A stretch of 62,981 bases of DNA, counting the filler, from Reticulomyxa filosa (taxonomy: Eukaryota > Protista > Foraminifera): NCBI GenBank assembly GCA_000512085.1. It is 21 parts of 21 records of this genome, joined end to end, with 100 filler letters (N's around TTAATTAATTAA, not from the genome) between each part and the next. Parts side by side here need not be neighbours in the genome. Positions count along the whole stretch, not along the records: positions 25,641 to 30,330 come from ASPP01015950.1; positions 30,431 to 34,399 come from ASPP01039483.1; positions 34,500 to 35,499 come from ASPP01035760.1; positions 35,600 to 38,517 come from ASPP01011790.1; 17 more parts are not named here. One strand, 5' to 3'. The notes beneath the pieces were generated by a model. The model was not told the origin of the DNA. It saw only the letters and a list, made by a program, of their open reading frames with translations, and searched no databases. This document shows, one piece after another, positions 25,641 through 38,617 of this stretch; the stretch's first letter is position 1; every line of letters begins with the position of its first letter. The position numbers were made by a program, and so were the translations under genes.

Positions 25641-28600
25641 TTTTTTTTTTTTTTTTTTTAAACTGGAACGCGATTTCGCAGAAAAAAATTAGTGGATGAG
25701 ATGTGGTCAGTGTGTTTTGTTGGAGCTGATGCCAAATTGAATTTGTAGTCAAGAGTGGTTTGGGAATATCTTTGTTAACTTTACGTGTTTTCACATCGGA
25801 CACAGTTGTATTGTCCTTGTGCATAATGATAGTCTGTGATTTTCGATGGATTTTTTTGGTTTTAGTCTTTTTGTAAAGTGAGTCCGAATGGGGTATTTGA
25901 AAAGTGGCAGGCGACGACGGAGAGGAGGATGAAGCAACTTCTTGTTTGCTGCTTCCATGTTTGTTGCTATCGATGGAACTTGTACTGCCATATCTGCGAT
26001 GATTTTTTTCACGCGATCTTTGTTGTTCCAAGCGATTGGTTCGTTTCGCACCTTCCCACATGCTGTCCGCAGCACTGTTTGTGTCGTCGTTGTCCGTTGT
26101 TCTTTCTTCCATCAGCTGTTTGGTATTGAAAGGGAGTTGTATTTTCCATTATGCAATTTATGCCAGACCAAAAAAAAAGCACATAACAAAAACAAGTGCA
26201 ATACAAAACAGAACAGTAGATATTGGATTGTGCATCGCCAAGTAATTGGCATTTGGAATGAGAGTGTGGACATGATTGAAACGGTTGATGCTCTTGCCAC
26301 CAGTGGAATGGTGTTTTGTGGTTGGACTTGGACTTTTAGAGGTGATGGCTCGGATGTCGTGTTTGGAAACGTCCCACTCACGTCTAGAAGCGTGACTGTT
26401 TGTAGATTTTCTGTTTTTTATTCCAATGTCCTGAGGAGTCGTAATTGTATTGTCTAAGACACAGGCCAGCGTCGTATCCGAATGATTCGGAGTTGTCTTG
26501 ATCGTCGGATTGACGTTTGAAGAAGAAGAAGTGGCTAACAAAGGAATGGCCTCGGTTACGTCTTTCATTTGTTGGTGGTAGGCCGGGACTGCCGAATTTC
26601 CAGGCGAAGGCATTTGCAAAGGATTTGCGTTGCTATTCTCTTCCTCCTCCTCCTCCTCCTCCTCCTCCTCCTCCTTCTCCTCCTCACTTTCATTGCCGTT
26701 ATTTGTTGTATTCGTATTGCTTGTATTGTTGTTCTTCGTATTCTTGTTTGTATTCGTACTGTTATCATTGTCACTGTCGTGGTCAAAGTCATGAGGTGGG
26801 GTGGCTGTATATTTCTTGGCAGTCGAGTCGATATACTGGCCCTTTATTACTATCGCATTTTTAGGGTCGCACGTGGATAGATTGCCAAAGTATTGTTTTA
26901 AGATGGCTGCGTCACATATTCCTTGTTCTTCGTACATTTCTGTGTCACTTTGGGCCTGCGTATCTCCTCCATTTCTCTCCTCTTTTTTTTTTTAATAAAT
27001 ATAAATACAAAGAAAGGGTTGTATTGAAAAGGTACAAAATGCATATGAACAGAAATACAAATACAAATAAAGAAAACGAACCAAAGACTTTGGTATTTGA
27101 GACTGAGACATATTTGTGAGGTGTTTGAAGCGGCCTTGTCACCGACACGGTGTCTGTGGTATCGGTGTCATGGTCGTGTGAATAGGACTTTTCGGATTGA
27201 CTACATTCCAATATTTTTGGCAGCGAACTCGGAGAGACATTGGCATAAGGTCCATTATTCGTTCCAATGCGTTGAATTATTTGAGTCGGTGTCGATGCAG
27301 GCGTCTGTGTTGGTGTGGGTGTTGTTATTATTCCTGTTATTCCATTAATTCCATTGATTCCATTGATTCCATTAATTCCATTGATTCCATTAATTCCATT
27401 GATTCCATTAATCCCATTGATTTCATTGATTCCACTTGTTCCAGGTGTTCCACTTGTCGCAGGTGTGCCAATCGTCCCCGTTGTCGTCTGCGAACGCATT
27501 AATTCCAGCGTACCATTGGTCAACGACACACTGGGAGAGGTTGTTGTTCCAGTCGACGTCCACGAGTCGTTCGATTTGCGACGAGTGATTGGATTGCTGT
27601 TTTACGAGTATCACAAAAAGAGAGAATAAGACAATGGAGAGGGGGAGGGAGGAGAAGAGAAAAAAAGATTGATAGTTGAGAAACAAAACTTGTCATATTT
27701 TCCACCATTGCAATTGTCTTCAGGTTTGAGCAAAGGGGGGACATCAAGTTCCCCGCGAGGGGTCTCTCGTGTCTCTTCTCTGTTTTTTTTTTTGTCGATT
27801 TCCTTCTTTTTGATACTTGCAGTCGTGGTCGTATCCGTGTTCGCGCACGTTGCTGTTCCGCCTCAACCTCCGCCTCTGTTGTTTCGATTTCAATGTCTAT
27901 TTCCGTCTCAGGCTCAGGCTCAGGCTCGGGTTCGGGCTCGGGCTCCGGCTCCAGCTCCACATCCACCTCCACCTCCGGCTCAGATTCTTGCAGACGTTTG
28001 TGGTGAGTGTGCTGCGTGTAATGTGAGGAACATAGCGAATGGATATCCGAGTGGAACGATGGGACGTGCAGCGCGTCCAAGCCCAAGTCCATGTTGTTCG
28101 ACGCTTGTATCGAATGCGTGAACAAATGACTTGGCATTGCTTTAAACGCGGATTGCAACAAATGCAATCCTTTGCAAAGAGATGGCAACCATTGCTGCAT
28201 TTCAGCCTTTTGTTTTTTTTTATTATTATTATTATTTTTTTTTTTTAAAAAAAAGGTACATTTGTAAAGGTCATTTCAATCCTCTTTTTTTTTTTTTTTT
28301 TTTTAAATTGGACACCCCCCCCATTTAGAGAGTATTCTCTCCTAACTCGTTTCAATACATCGCTTGTCAGCTCTTTGTTATGCTCAACTCTTCCTTTGCT
28401 TGTGCTCATTTTGCTGTGATTGTTATTCGGTGTGTTGTTGTTGTTGTTGTCCATGACAATGTCGCGAGTATTGATCTGAATGTCGTTTGCTACTTCTTGC
28501 AACATTGATAATGTTCGTGCACATTTGTCACTACTCTCGACAAACGGAAATGCACTCGCATTCGAACCCACTCCATGTTTTTTATTGCCTTTTTCGTCCG

Positions 28601-28904
28601 CTAATGTCCCTTTCATCTTTGAATGATTCAACATTGATACATTTGTTAAATTACTTATTACACTGATGGCACCGACGCTCGGTGACACAGAGTAACACAT
28701 TGGTAATAGATTGTTCCCATTGCTTTGCATGTGATCTATATTCCCTGCTTTTTTTTGAGTCGTCCCTTCGTTTTTCACTGATGCTGTTGCTCCTGCGTTT
28801 TCATTTGATATACTTGTTTGCAGATAGTCATTGTTTTCGCTATGTCCACTCGCTTGTCGGGATACTAATGTTATGTCATTATCAGCAAAGTTTAACGATG
28901 TCAT
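25641..28904 (-). CDS. Large multi-exon low-complexity (disordered) protein, 3' partial
   Basis: Five consecutive minus-strand ORF blocks (28904, 28200, 27529, 26937, 26112) separated by intron-like T/A tracts. Contains EP, GIN, poly-E and poly-N tracts. Confidence 0.6.
27335..27432 (-). repeat. 9-bp coding tandem repeat (ATCAATGGA-like) encoding (GIN)n
   Basis: About 10 near-perfect copies are visible in the sequence. Confidence 0.9.
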
Positions 28905-29793
28905 CTCTTTGACACTGAAATTTTTTATTAAAGTTTTTTTTGTAAACTTTTATTTTCCCAATTATTTTTTGTTTTCACGTTCCTGAATGATATTTATATA
29001 TTAAGCTTTAAGTCTAGTACATCACAAGAATATTTTTAAAGTAAAAAACCTTTAATGAAAACATGTTGGAATAATTTTTATAAAATGTAAAAATAATGTA
29101 ATTTTTGCCTATTTAATTGTGTGATTGCCATATATTTGATTATTTTTCGTCAAAAATGTGTTTGGTTCATCAGTGTTTGAGCCCGCAAAATTATGGGAGC
29201 ATTGATCTAAAAATAATTTTCTCACTACGATAAAATCAGCCTTACAAAAAATATACTGATTAAATAATTGAATGTAAATATATTAAATAATGATATTCTG
29301 CACAAAAAACAGGTCAAAAATGAAATAAATAATTGCAAAAAAGTGTTACAGAGCACAAGTATAATTAACGATAAAAAAGTGCTGTGTGCATTCCTTTAAA
29401 CTGTCAATGAAACCCAATTGACATAATATAAAATTCAGTGTAACAAGGTTATATTTTCGCGAGATTAATGCTTCGCAAACGACCTAAATTTAGAATAGAA
29501 TGATTAATTATTTCAGTAATTTCGTTTTTGGACTATGACAGATATTTTGTAATTCAATAGGATCAAAATGGATCTAAAAAAAAAAAAGAAAATAAGAAAC
29601 CAGAAGTTGATCTACTCAATGGCAATAAGCAAGAAACCTCACAAAACAATGCTATTTCATCTCAATAAGATATGTGTATTTGTCTGGAATAAGATGTGTA
29701 CCCCACAAAAAGGTCCATTTGACAACAAGGAAATAACCTTGATACCAAATCAACTTAAAAAAGTATCAACAAAAAAAAAAGAAAAAAAAAAGT

Positions 29794-30244
29794 TTATTGA
29801 ATGACGGTAGAAACCAATAGACTGCCATATAAGTCCAAATCATAATCTTGAAGACCGTCATGAAAATCATAAACCATTTGGTTTTGAAACAAGTGACATT
29901 TCATGACAAATTTGGCATAATCACTACAATTGCCGTACAAAGTGCCATGAGCGCCGATGCCATTGGCAACAATGACACCGTCCTTATGTAAGAGTTGGTG
30001 TTTCAGCAAGTACAACAGCGTTTGAAAATAGTCTTCTCGGTTGTGGTCAAATATGATCAAATCAAAGTACAATGGGGTTGATGTGTTGTTGTTTGTTTTG
30101 AGTTTCTTGACATCCTTGTCATTCGACAACCATGAGATGACGTCTCCTAATATCACTTCAATTCTAATTGTGCCGATATTACATAAACGAATCAACTTTT
30201 CAAATAAACTTATATTAGATTTGCACTTTTCAATGGAAACAATT
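29794..30244 (-). CDS. Catechol-O-methyltransferase-like SAM-dependent methyltransferase, last exon, 5' partial
   Basis: IVSIEK...IEVILGD...FDLIIFDHNREDYFQTL...LLHKDGVIVANGI aligns with the COMT pattern ITIE...VVGAS...LDMVFLDHWKDRY...LLRKGTVLLADNV. Confidence 0.7.
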
Positions 30245-30430
30245 CTTCAAAATCCAATTCAATTCAATTCAATCCAATCAAACAAACTTTTTCATATCAT
30301 ATATACATATCATATATATATATATATATANNNNNNNNNNNNNNNNNNNNNNNNNNNNNNNNNNNNNNNNNNNNTTAATTAATTAANNNNNNNNNNNNNN
30401 NNNNNNNNNNNNNNNNNNNNNNNNNNNNNN

Positions 30431-33400
30431 ACAGATGGAAAGAGTACGTCCAAGCATTGGCACGAATAGAAGAAGTGGCAAGAACAGAAAAAGACATTTC
30501 GATTGCAGAGGCATCTCAATACTACGATGCGTGCGCTGAGTGTGTGGGTAAAGATGTTTCATCATACGCGAAAATTGGTTTTTTTGATGTATTGATTCGT
30601 TGTGAGAACGAACTGAAAATATTGGCAAGGGATTCAGATTTTACGAATAACACAGAGTTTGAGAGGGTTGTTCATGCATTGAACGAAAGTAATCACCAAG
30701 GTCTTCAGCAGTTGATTCATTCCTTGAAAGTTGTGAATCCTATAATGCAACAAAAATTGTGGAAGCGTCCATTGGAAAATATGACAAACTTGGTCAAGGC
30801 TATATTATCATTATGTCCGGACGATGAAAACTTTGTGCAAATGCTAAAAGACTGTTGTGATGCAAATTTGAAAAATATTTCTTCCTTAGTCAAGGAGGAA
30901 GATAAAGTCCGTACAGAAAAAAGTTTGGAGCAATTGAAGGAGGCAGTGACGTATGGTCGATGGCAATTTGGAAGTTGTGAAGATATATTGCAAGGAAAGA
31001 AAAACCATGAATTAGTGCTGGAAATTACTACTATCGTTTGGCATTATGACGAAATTGGAAAAAACATTGATCGTGTGTTGCTTGGAGTAAACGAAAAAGA
31101 GTTGAAAGGAATTGAGGCTGTGATCAAGCAATTCGAAGAATGCAAAGAAATAAGCGCATCTCAAGTTGAGTTTTGGAAGAAAGGAGGAAGAATTTATAGT
31201 CACAATAATCGTGACAGCAGTGGCAATGAGGTATTATATTTGTCTGTGAATTCACAAATGAGTAAATTGACAACGTGCAAAGATCTTTGGCAACAACGAC
31301 TAAGTCAATGGAAAGAACATGCTTTTCAATTAAGAGAAAAGTTTCCTGCTCTCAATTATTTCCGTTTCAATGAAATACACTCTTTAATTCATCAAATTGA
31401 TACTTTGCTATCACCCAAGTGCCTTGACCGTTCTCTTCAAGCAGCCAAATCTATCAAACCGTTTCTTCAGAAAATCGACTGCCAAGTCACTGATGAAGAT
31501 ATTGACAAGATATTACAAGATTGGAGAGATTTCAATTGTGATATATTGAAAAATTATGATTTATATAATATTAGCGATCGAGACTTCAAAAAGTGCAGAG
31601 ATACCATTGCAAGGTTCGGATTGATCCTTCGGCCATTGTGGGCTTGTTTTCCATCTGATCGTGTCGAGAGGCCCTGCCCGATCTTGTTAAATGTCGGAAA
31701 ACCTAATTTAATCCTTTGTCCACATAAATCACTATTGTTGGAAGTTCTTGGTTTATTTGAATCGCATGAATATATCCCACGAGCGGAACATATTTTGATT
31801 TGCAACGAGCATACAGCCGAAGAGGATGTCACTTGTTTGATATTTCGGGCCATTGGCAGCGACAAACGAATGCAGATAGAAACTACGAACATGGAGATGG
31901 ATCATGGTTTTGTGAAACCATTATATTGCTTGGTGTGTCCAGAAAATTTAGCTCCTGAAACATTGAATCAAGTCTGTAAAAGTGTACACGGTACATTATT
32001 GAATGATATTCAATCCGAAAAATTAAAGCGCTGCTTTTATATGTTTGCTGTCATGTCCTGCGAACGTGACAATCTTTTATGTAAACTCTTGGAGCCATTT
32101 TGTATTTCACTCTCAAATATATCACTCCGAACTCTTCCAAATAAAATGTTATCTCGATTTTATCGTAACAATTGGACCAATCCACAATCTCATTCCATTG
32201 CCACAGAGCCACCATGGATACAGTTGTATACATCGAAACAGGTTGGAATGGGCAAGAGTACACTTATTCAAAGAGATATCGAAAAGATTCGAAAAAACAC
32301 GAAAATAGCACTAAAATGGTCAAAGAAATTTATGTTGCGTTTAATGGCAAAGATATCGATTGGACACAAATAATGGATAATCTTTGGAGTTATCATCCTT
32401 GCCCCAAGGATTCATTGATTATTTATCATTTAAATATCTCCTCTTGTGTTTCAGTGCAAATCAACGACTTTTTATTTGAATTATTATTTCTACGACACAT
32501 TGACTCTAATTCTCAAATATCGCAATGCTTTCATGTCAATCCCAATATGATCTTTTTAATTGAAATTCCTTCCACTTTGGATAATCTCAGCCCCAATGAA
32601 ATGTTTTTCAATTTATTCTCTCATACTATTCAATTTCCAATTGTTGAAGTGTCAGGTCTAAATAATCCATTTGAATTTGGAATGGATGCACAATATACTG
32701 TCAAATGGATGCAACAATATTTCCAAGGAAATTTAGAGTTCTCTTACATTTTTTTTGCTTTTTTTTAACAAAAACTACTTATATCTCTCCTGGTGTGCAT
32801 TTTGAAAAAGAAGGGCTGACTTTGATCCAAATACATCCGACCTTCGCATAGAGGACATGCAACAGTTTATGAAGAAGAACTTTTATGGAATAGCCAGCTC
32901 AATTCCAGTGCATCAACGTTCCTTTTTCAAATATTTATATCAACAGTTTGTACCTCTATTACAACCTCCATTGAAAGAAAAGACAGTTCAATTGAGATAT
33001 GATATTACAAAATCTGTGATCGATATGGCCAAAATCTTATGTTGTCGCCAGTATGATCATATCGAACTGAATGAAGACGAGAAAAGCGAAAAAATCGAAA
33101 GTACTGGTGAAGAGGAATTTTATTTGTGTAAAAAATGGCGTAACTCCAGAAAAGGCTGGTTCTTGGTTAATCAAAATGGAGGTTAAAGTATATGTGTATA
33201 CCTTAGTTTATTTCAAGTAAATAAAATCGTTTGTTAATATGTTCTCATAGAGGATCTTTCCATATTGATTAATGACTCCCAAAATATAAGCAAACAAGAA
33301 CTAGGCATTTTGAAAAGGTTAACATCTTATTTATTTGATCAACAACAAGATTCGAAACAAATGGAAGCAGCCTTTCTAGTTTAAAGTCTTTGTCTATTTT

Positions 33401-34399
33401 TTTTTTGTTTCTTTATATCTCAAAGCACTAAAATTTGAAACAAATAAAATAAATTTTAAAGGTTAGAGAATCGGAGGTAGAGAAGACAGAATTGTTATTA
33501 CGAACAGATAAAGAAAAAAAATTGCGGGTATTACTGCACATTTTGGGGATTCCAAGTCGAGGAGTAATGAAAAATTGTGAAAAAAAAACAGAACAAAATA
33601 AAGATGGTTCGGAAAACACAGAGGCAGAAAATCTTCACGACCAAATTGTGAAAAAGTTATGTGACGATGAAAAATGGTTAAATTATGTGCTAACACTGGA
33701 CAACATTCTGAAAATGGTTGCCATTTTTATGAAAATTCGAACTAACACTCCTGTCATTTTAATGGGCGAAACGGGATGTGGAAAGTCATGTCTGATAAAA
33801 TTTTTAAGCTATGCCGCCAATGTGAAGTTAATTGCAGTGGATGTCCATGGAGGATTTGGGAGGGATGATCTTCGCCAAGTGATGAAAGATTGTAACACGC
33901 AAATGTCTAGAGATAATGAACCGGAAATGTGGGTATTTTTAGATGAGGTAAACACATCTCCAGATATCGGATGGTTCAAAGAGCTGATTTGCGATCGCAG
34001 ATTGGATGGAATGAAAATTCATGACCAAATAAAGATTATTGCGGCATGTAATCCTTATCGACCACGAAAAATACAAAATACTGACAATATAAATGTAAAT
34101 GATCCATTGAGCAAATGGGTGTATCGTGTATTTCCATTGTGTGAGACCATGAAAGAATATGTTTGGTTCTTTGGTCAGTTATCTGCATTGGATGAAAAGC
34201 AATATATTCGAGGCATGGTTAAAGAATTGAAAGAAAAATTTGACAAAAAAAGTAATGTATTCAAAAAAATTGAAAATTCGGAATTAACGATTACAGAAAG
34301 TATTGTAGAATCACAACAATTCTTACGTAAACACTTGGCGAATGAATCCATTGTATCATTGCGTGATGTTAGCAGATGTCTCAAGTTTTTCCATTGGTT
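30431..34399 (+). CDS. RNF213 (mysterin)-like dynein-type AAA+ ATPase, internal fragment (exons 30431-32737 with frameshift at 32292, 32814-33181, 33251-33378, 33462-34399)
   Basis: SKQVGMGKS, YHLNIS...FLFELLFL, YVLTLDNILKM, PVILMGETGCGKS, VHGG, FLDEVNT, IIAACNPYR, VYRVFPL, VWFFGQL, VSLRDVSR follow the RNF213 AAA core in order. Three introns restore the frame. Confidence 0.88.
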
Positions 34400-34515
34400 N
34401 NNNNNNNNNNNNNNNNNNNNNNNNNNNNNNNNNNNNNNNNNNNTTAATTAATTAANNNNNNNNNNNNNNNNNNNNNNNNNNNNNNNNNNNNNNNNNNNNT
34501 TTTTTTTTCCTTCAG

Positions 34516-35347
34516 AAAAACAGTGGCACTTCATCGTAAATAAGAGCCGATTGCACACAAAAAGCGATGAGGGATAAATGAATGATGAACTTGTGCTTGT
34601 GTACTAGGAGAATGAGAAATGACGATAATGGGAGTTGGATAGTGGATAGTATATGCGAGACCCTTGTATTTGATATGCTACGTCATCAGACAAAATTACA
34701 ATACAAGCTCAACGTACATGAATTGCAGCAGACTATAAGAAAAGCGATAAGAAAAAGGTATTCCCAAACGGAAGCGAGCGTAGTCGACAAAATATTACAC
34801 GAATTGGACGAAGCAATGAATATTCTTGAATTTTCTAAATCTCCAGATGGATATTGGAATTCCACTCGTGATAATTTTAGTTCCAAACAATTGTGGATAG
34901 GACTCCGTAAAGTTTTAAAGAATGAATTGCGACCCAGGTAAAAGAAAGTTATATTTATAGCTTTTTCAATATTTTATTTATTACGTATAAAAAAAAAAAA
35001 ATAGCTACTGCTTCCCAGAAAAGATGCAGATGAAGAATGAAAACGGGGAATGGAAAACATATAGAGCAGCGTTCAATTGGAAAAGGCGTAGACTGCTACT
35101 GTTTGATGCAGTCGCAAACGAGCAAGAGAAGATAGTATTTATTTCAAAAAAATGTACAGAGATTGATCTAAAGTTCAGTACCGACTTTTCGAAACTTGAG
35201 ACATCCCACAAGAAATGGCATATTGCCACTCTAAGCCCCTCTTTCCATGTTCGATTGGATTCTTGGATAGTGTCCCACTTTCGCTTTAGCTCTTGGCTGG
35301 ACTTTCAAATCTTTTCTTTGACTTGCGCAGTTACTGTGGAACCATAG
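34516..35347 (+). CDS. Hypothetical protein, 5' partial; possible caspase-like small-subunit segment followed by a PH-like domain
   Basis: Exons 34608-34937 and 35005-35347 join in frame. RMRNDDNGSWIVDSICETL resembles caspase SWRNxxxGSWFIQSLCxxL. Confidence 0.4.
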
Positions 35348-35599
35348 ACACACACACAAAAAAAGTGGAGTGCAGCAAGAAAAATAGTCAGTGGCTCTGA
35401 AAAACTTAGATTTACTAGTTTGTTTTGTTTTCATGTGCATATGTGAAATAAACAACAAAAAATGTTAAGCGTTTGAGCTGTTTCCAAGTGCAAATAAAAN
35501 NNNNNNNNNNNNNNNNNNNNNNNNNNNNNNNNNNNNNNNNNNNTTAATTAATTAANNNNNNNNNNNNNNNNNNNNNNNNNNNNNNNNNNNNNNNNNNNN

Positions 35600-35633
<34 letters not shown>

Positions 35634-35699
35634 TTATATATTATATCGTGTATCATACATATACATATACATATATAATGTGTATTGCATGTGCGAATG

Positions 35700-36270
35700 G
35701 AAAAGCACTCCACGGATACGTACTGCAGATGCTATGGGATATCTATCACCACGACCAAAGAGACTCAGAAAATGGCAGCGATAGCGAAAACGGAAAAGAT
35801 AAAAACAATGAGACAACGAACGATGACAACGACGACGACAACGACGTAATGATAAGACGAGCTTCAAGTCGACAGAGTGACCCCATCGAATCCAAAGACA
35901 ATTCAAATGGAAATGCAGATGCAAATGCAAATGCAAATGCAAATACAAAGAGCAATGACACCAACGACGATGACAAAGACGACGAGTCATTCGACGAAGG
36001 GGACTTTATTCTCAAACCAAACTTTAGCAAAGAAGCAGAAGACCAATGGAATATCACCAAGTTCTTTGATAACCATCCGAAATGGTCCGACTTTTTTCAA
36101 GTTCTAACCCACGAAATGGAAGTGCAGACCAGTGCGGATACACAAGTCCCTGCTCTGGGCGCACAAGGAACCGATGACTTAAGTGCTTTGATGAACAACA
36201 TAATTAGTGACGGAGCTGATGACAATGAAAATGATGATGGCAATGCTGATGGAGATTCTTCTGACTCCGA
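35700..36270 (+). CDS. Acidic D/N-rich hypothetical protein, internal exon
   Basis: Long ORF 35648-36355 with a coding-like core flanked by intron-like tracts. Confidence 0.5.
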
Positions 36271-37688
36271 TGTATGTTGGTTGTTTTGCTCTCTTTCGTT
36301 TGTCCGAGTATTTTATTTTTGCTTATTTTGCTCATTTACTTGTTCGTTTGATTGAACAGGAGGATGATTGAAAGCAACATAACACGAAATTGAAGTAAAC
36401 AAAGAAATAAAAATGTATTGCATCTAGTTTCAGAGGGTATCTGCACTGACCTTTTTGTCTTTTGCACTCCTGCAATGTGTCCACATTTTTGCAAAATTGT
36501 GGGTATTGTTTTTATTGTGTATAAGGCAGTGCAATGTGGGGAGGGGGAAGAGGGGGGTAAAGAAAAAAAAAAAAAAAGTTTAATTTGATAAAAACTCAAA
36601 ACCGCTACCTTGCTGTTTTTGCGTGTTGTGTATAAATTTTCTTTTTTTTAGATTCAGCAAGAAAGTAAATAGATATTTTTGTGTTTCTTGCCCTGCTATT
36701 TGTGTCGTGGTGATTTTTCTTTCTTTGCCGTTTTTATTCCTTTTTTTGAAAGGAGCACCTTTTTCTTTCCACGGATTGTGTCTTTGACAATAAACATGTG
36801 TCTGTTTTTACGACGCAATATTGCTCATATTTTTTCCGTTAAAAAAAAAGAAGAGGTACTCTGTAAAGCTTGTGGATCTTTCTTTCGTCAAGTATGCACA
36901 ACCATTGAAATGGTTTGTCGAAAGTGCAAAAAAAAAAGCGATTGATATCTAGGTATCCTTCTTTTCGTTAGAGAAACACCACAAAAAAGCCAAATGACCC
37001 AGTTTTAGACAATCACTTGATTTTTTATTATTTTGGCTCTGAAGGAGAATTATATCATCAATTAAATAAACTTAATTTTTTTTTTGTATGTAATACTTTT
37101 GAGAAAGTTAAAAATATTAATTGTATATCTTACTAAAAAGATGCAAAGTATTTGATGAACTGTGTACTTTTTTTCATTATGAATCAAAATTTAAAAAATT
37201 CATTTACATTTTTACTTATAAAATTCGTATATATTTTCCTCAAATATGAGTTGGCCCTTTCAATGAACCATAACATAGTCTACAGCACAAACAAATCACA
37301 TTTCTATATGTAAGTAATCTAAATGTAGATTGAGCGATTGATACTGTTTTTTTTTATGTTTTAAAAAAGTGAAATACAGATCCAAACTAAACGATATAAT
37401 ATACTTTACAATTTTCTTTATTTGTTCATTAGAATAATTACATCCAACAGCCAAATAATCACCAATTAAAATAAACCACTTTGTAATTAACAGGACCAGT
37501 CTTACACTTTACAAATTTCGGAGCCTCAGGCACAAATAAGCAACACTTGAGTACAACTGAATGTTTGCAGACTTATTTCATAGACACCTGCTCCAAAATA
37601 AAAGAAAAGCCAAGCAAAAAGGAAGGAATCACAAGGATTTTTTTTGAATAAGACATTATAGTAAGGCTTATTTTTCAGCAACAATATC

Positions 37689-38475
37689 ATGTCCCAATCA
37701 GAAGTAACAACACCAAAAGAGGTTATAACTCCTAAGCAAACAACTCGTCAGATTGAAAATGAAAAGATATCGAATAAGTTTAAACGCAAGAAAAAAAAAG
37801 AAGCAAGTGGCGTGAGTGTATCTCAACGTGCGAACGGAAAGTGGCAAGCCATCTCATCACACAATATCAAGTTTGGCATTGCTAGCAGCCAGGAATCCGG
37901 TGGCGATGGACGAGTTGACAAGAACATCAGTGGACTTGCGATCACAACGAGAAATAGACCGTTTACAAAAAATTGTCCAACAACAAGAAACTCAATTTTC
38001 ATGTGCTTTGGAAATGGCCGACAATTTGAACATTTCCAATACCAAAGTTTGACAACGCTTTATCCAGCAAACAAACTTTCAGAATCCTCAAAAAAAAAAA
38101 AAAAAAACGGGGGGGGGGGGGGGGGGGGGTGGGGAGAGAAGGAAATGAATGAACTAAACTTTGTCAACATGTTTGTGCATGTATACCTACATGTACACAT
38201 ACATATGTATACGTATGTATGTGACAAAAAAAAATAAAAGTTGAAGAACGAATGTGCAAATTTGGAAGAGCAAATATCACGCTTGCAAAGCGAGAATCAG
38301 GAGTTAAAATCAAAGACAGCAACGTTGGAAGACAGATACGAAAAAGATGTGCAACAATTGCAAGCGACGTTGGACGAGCATGTACAAATGATAGCTTCCT
38401 TGCAAGAGGAGTTGTCGAACAAGGAAAAGACTTTACAGCTTGTTGAACAACAAGAGCAACAAATCAAAGAAAAAG
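37689..38475 (+). CDS. Coiled-coil protein, multi-exon, 3' partial
   Basis: REIDRLQKIVQQQE... and LKNECANLEEQISRLQSENQELK... heptads. GT..AG intron about 38047-38240. The 5' structure is uncertain. Confidence 0.55.
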
Positions 38476-38617
38476 TTTCGTTTTTTGTTTTTTTTTTTTT
38501 TATAACAAAAAAAGTAANNNNNNNNNNNNNNNNNNNNNNNNNNNNNNNNNNNNNNNNNNNNTTAATTAATTAANNNNNNNNNNNNNNNNNNNNNNNNNNN
38601 NNNNNNNNNNNNNNNNN

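Noticed and set aside
25791-28248. Numerous overlapping ORFs with poly-L, poly-P, poly-R and (IPL)n
   Set aside because: Alternative-frame or antisense shadows of microsatellite-rich coding exons on the minus strand.
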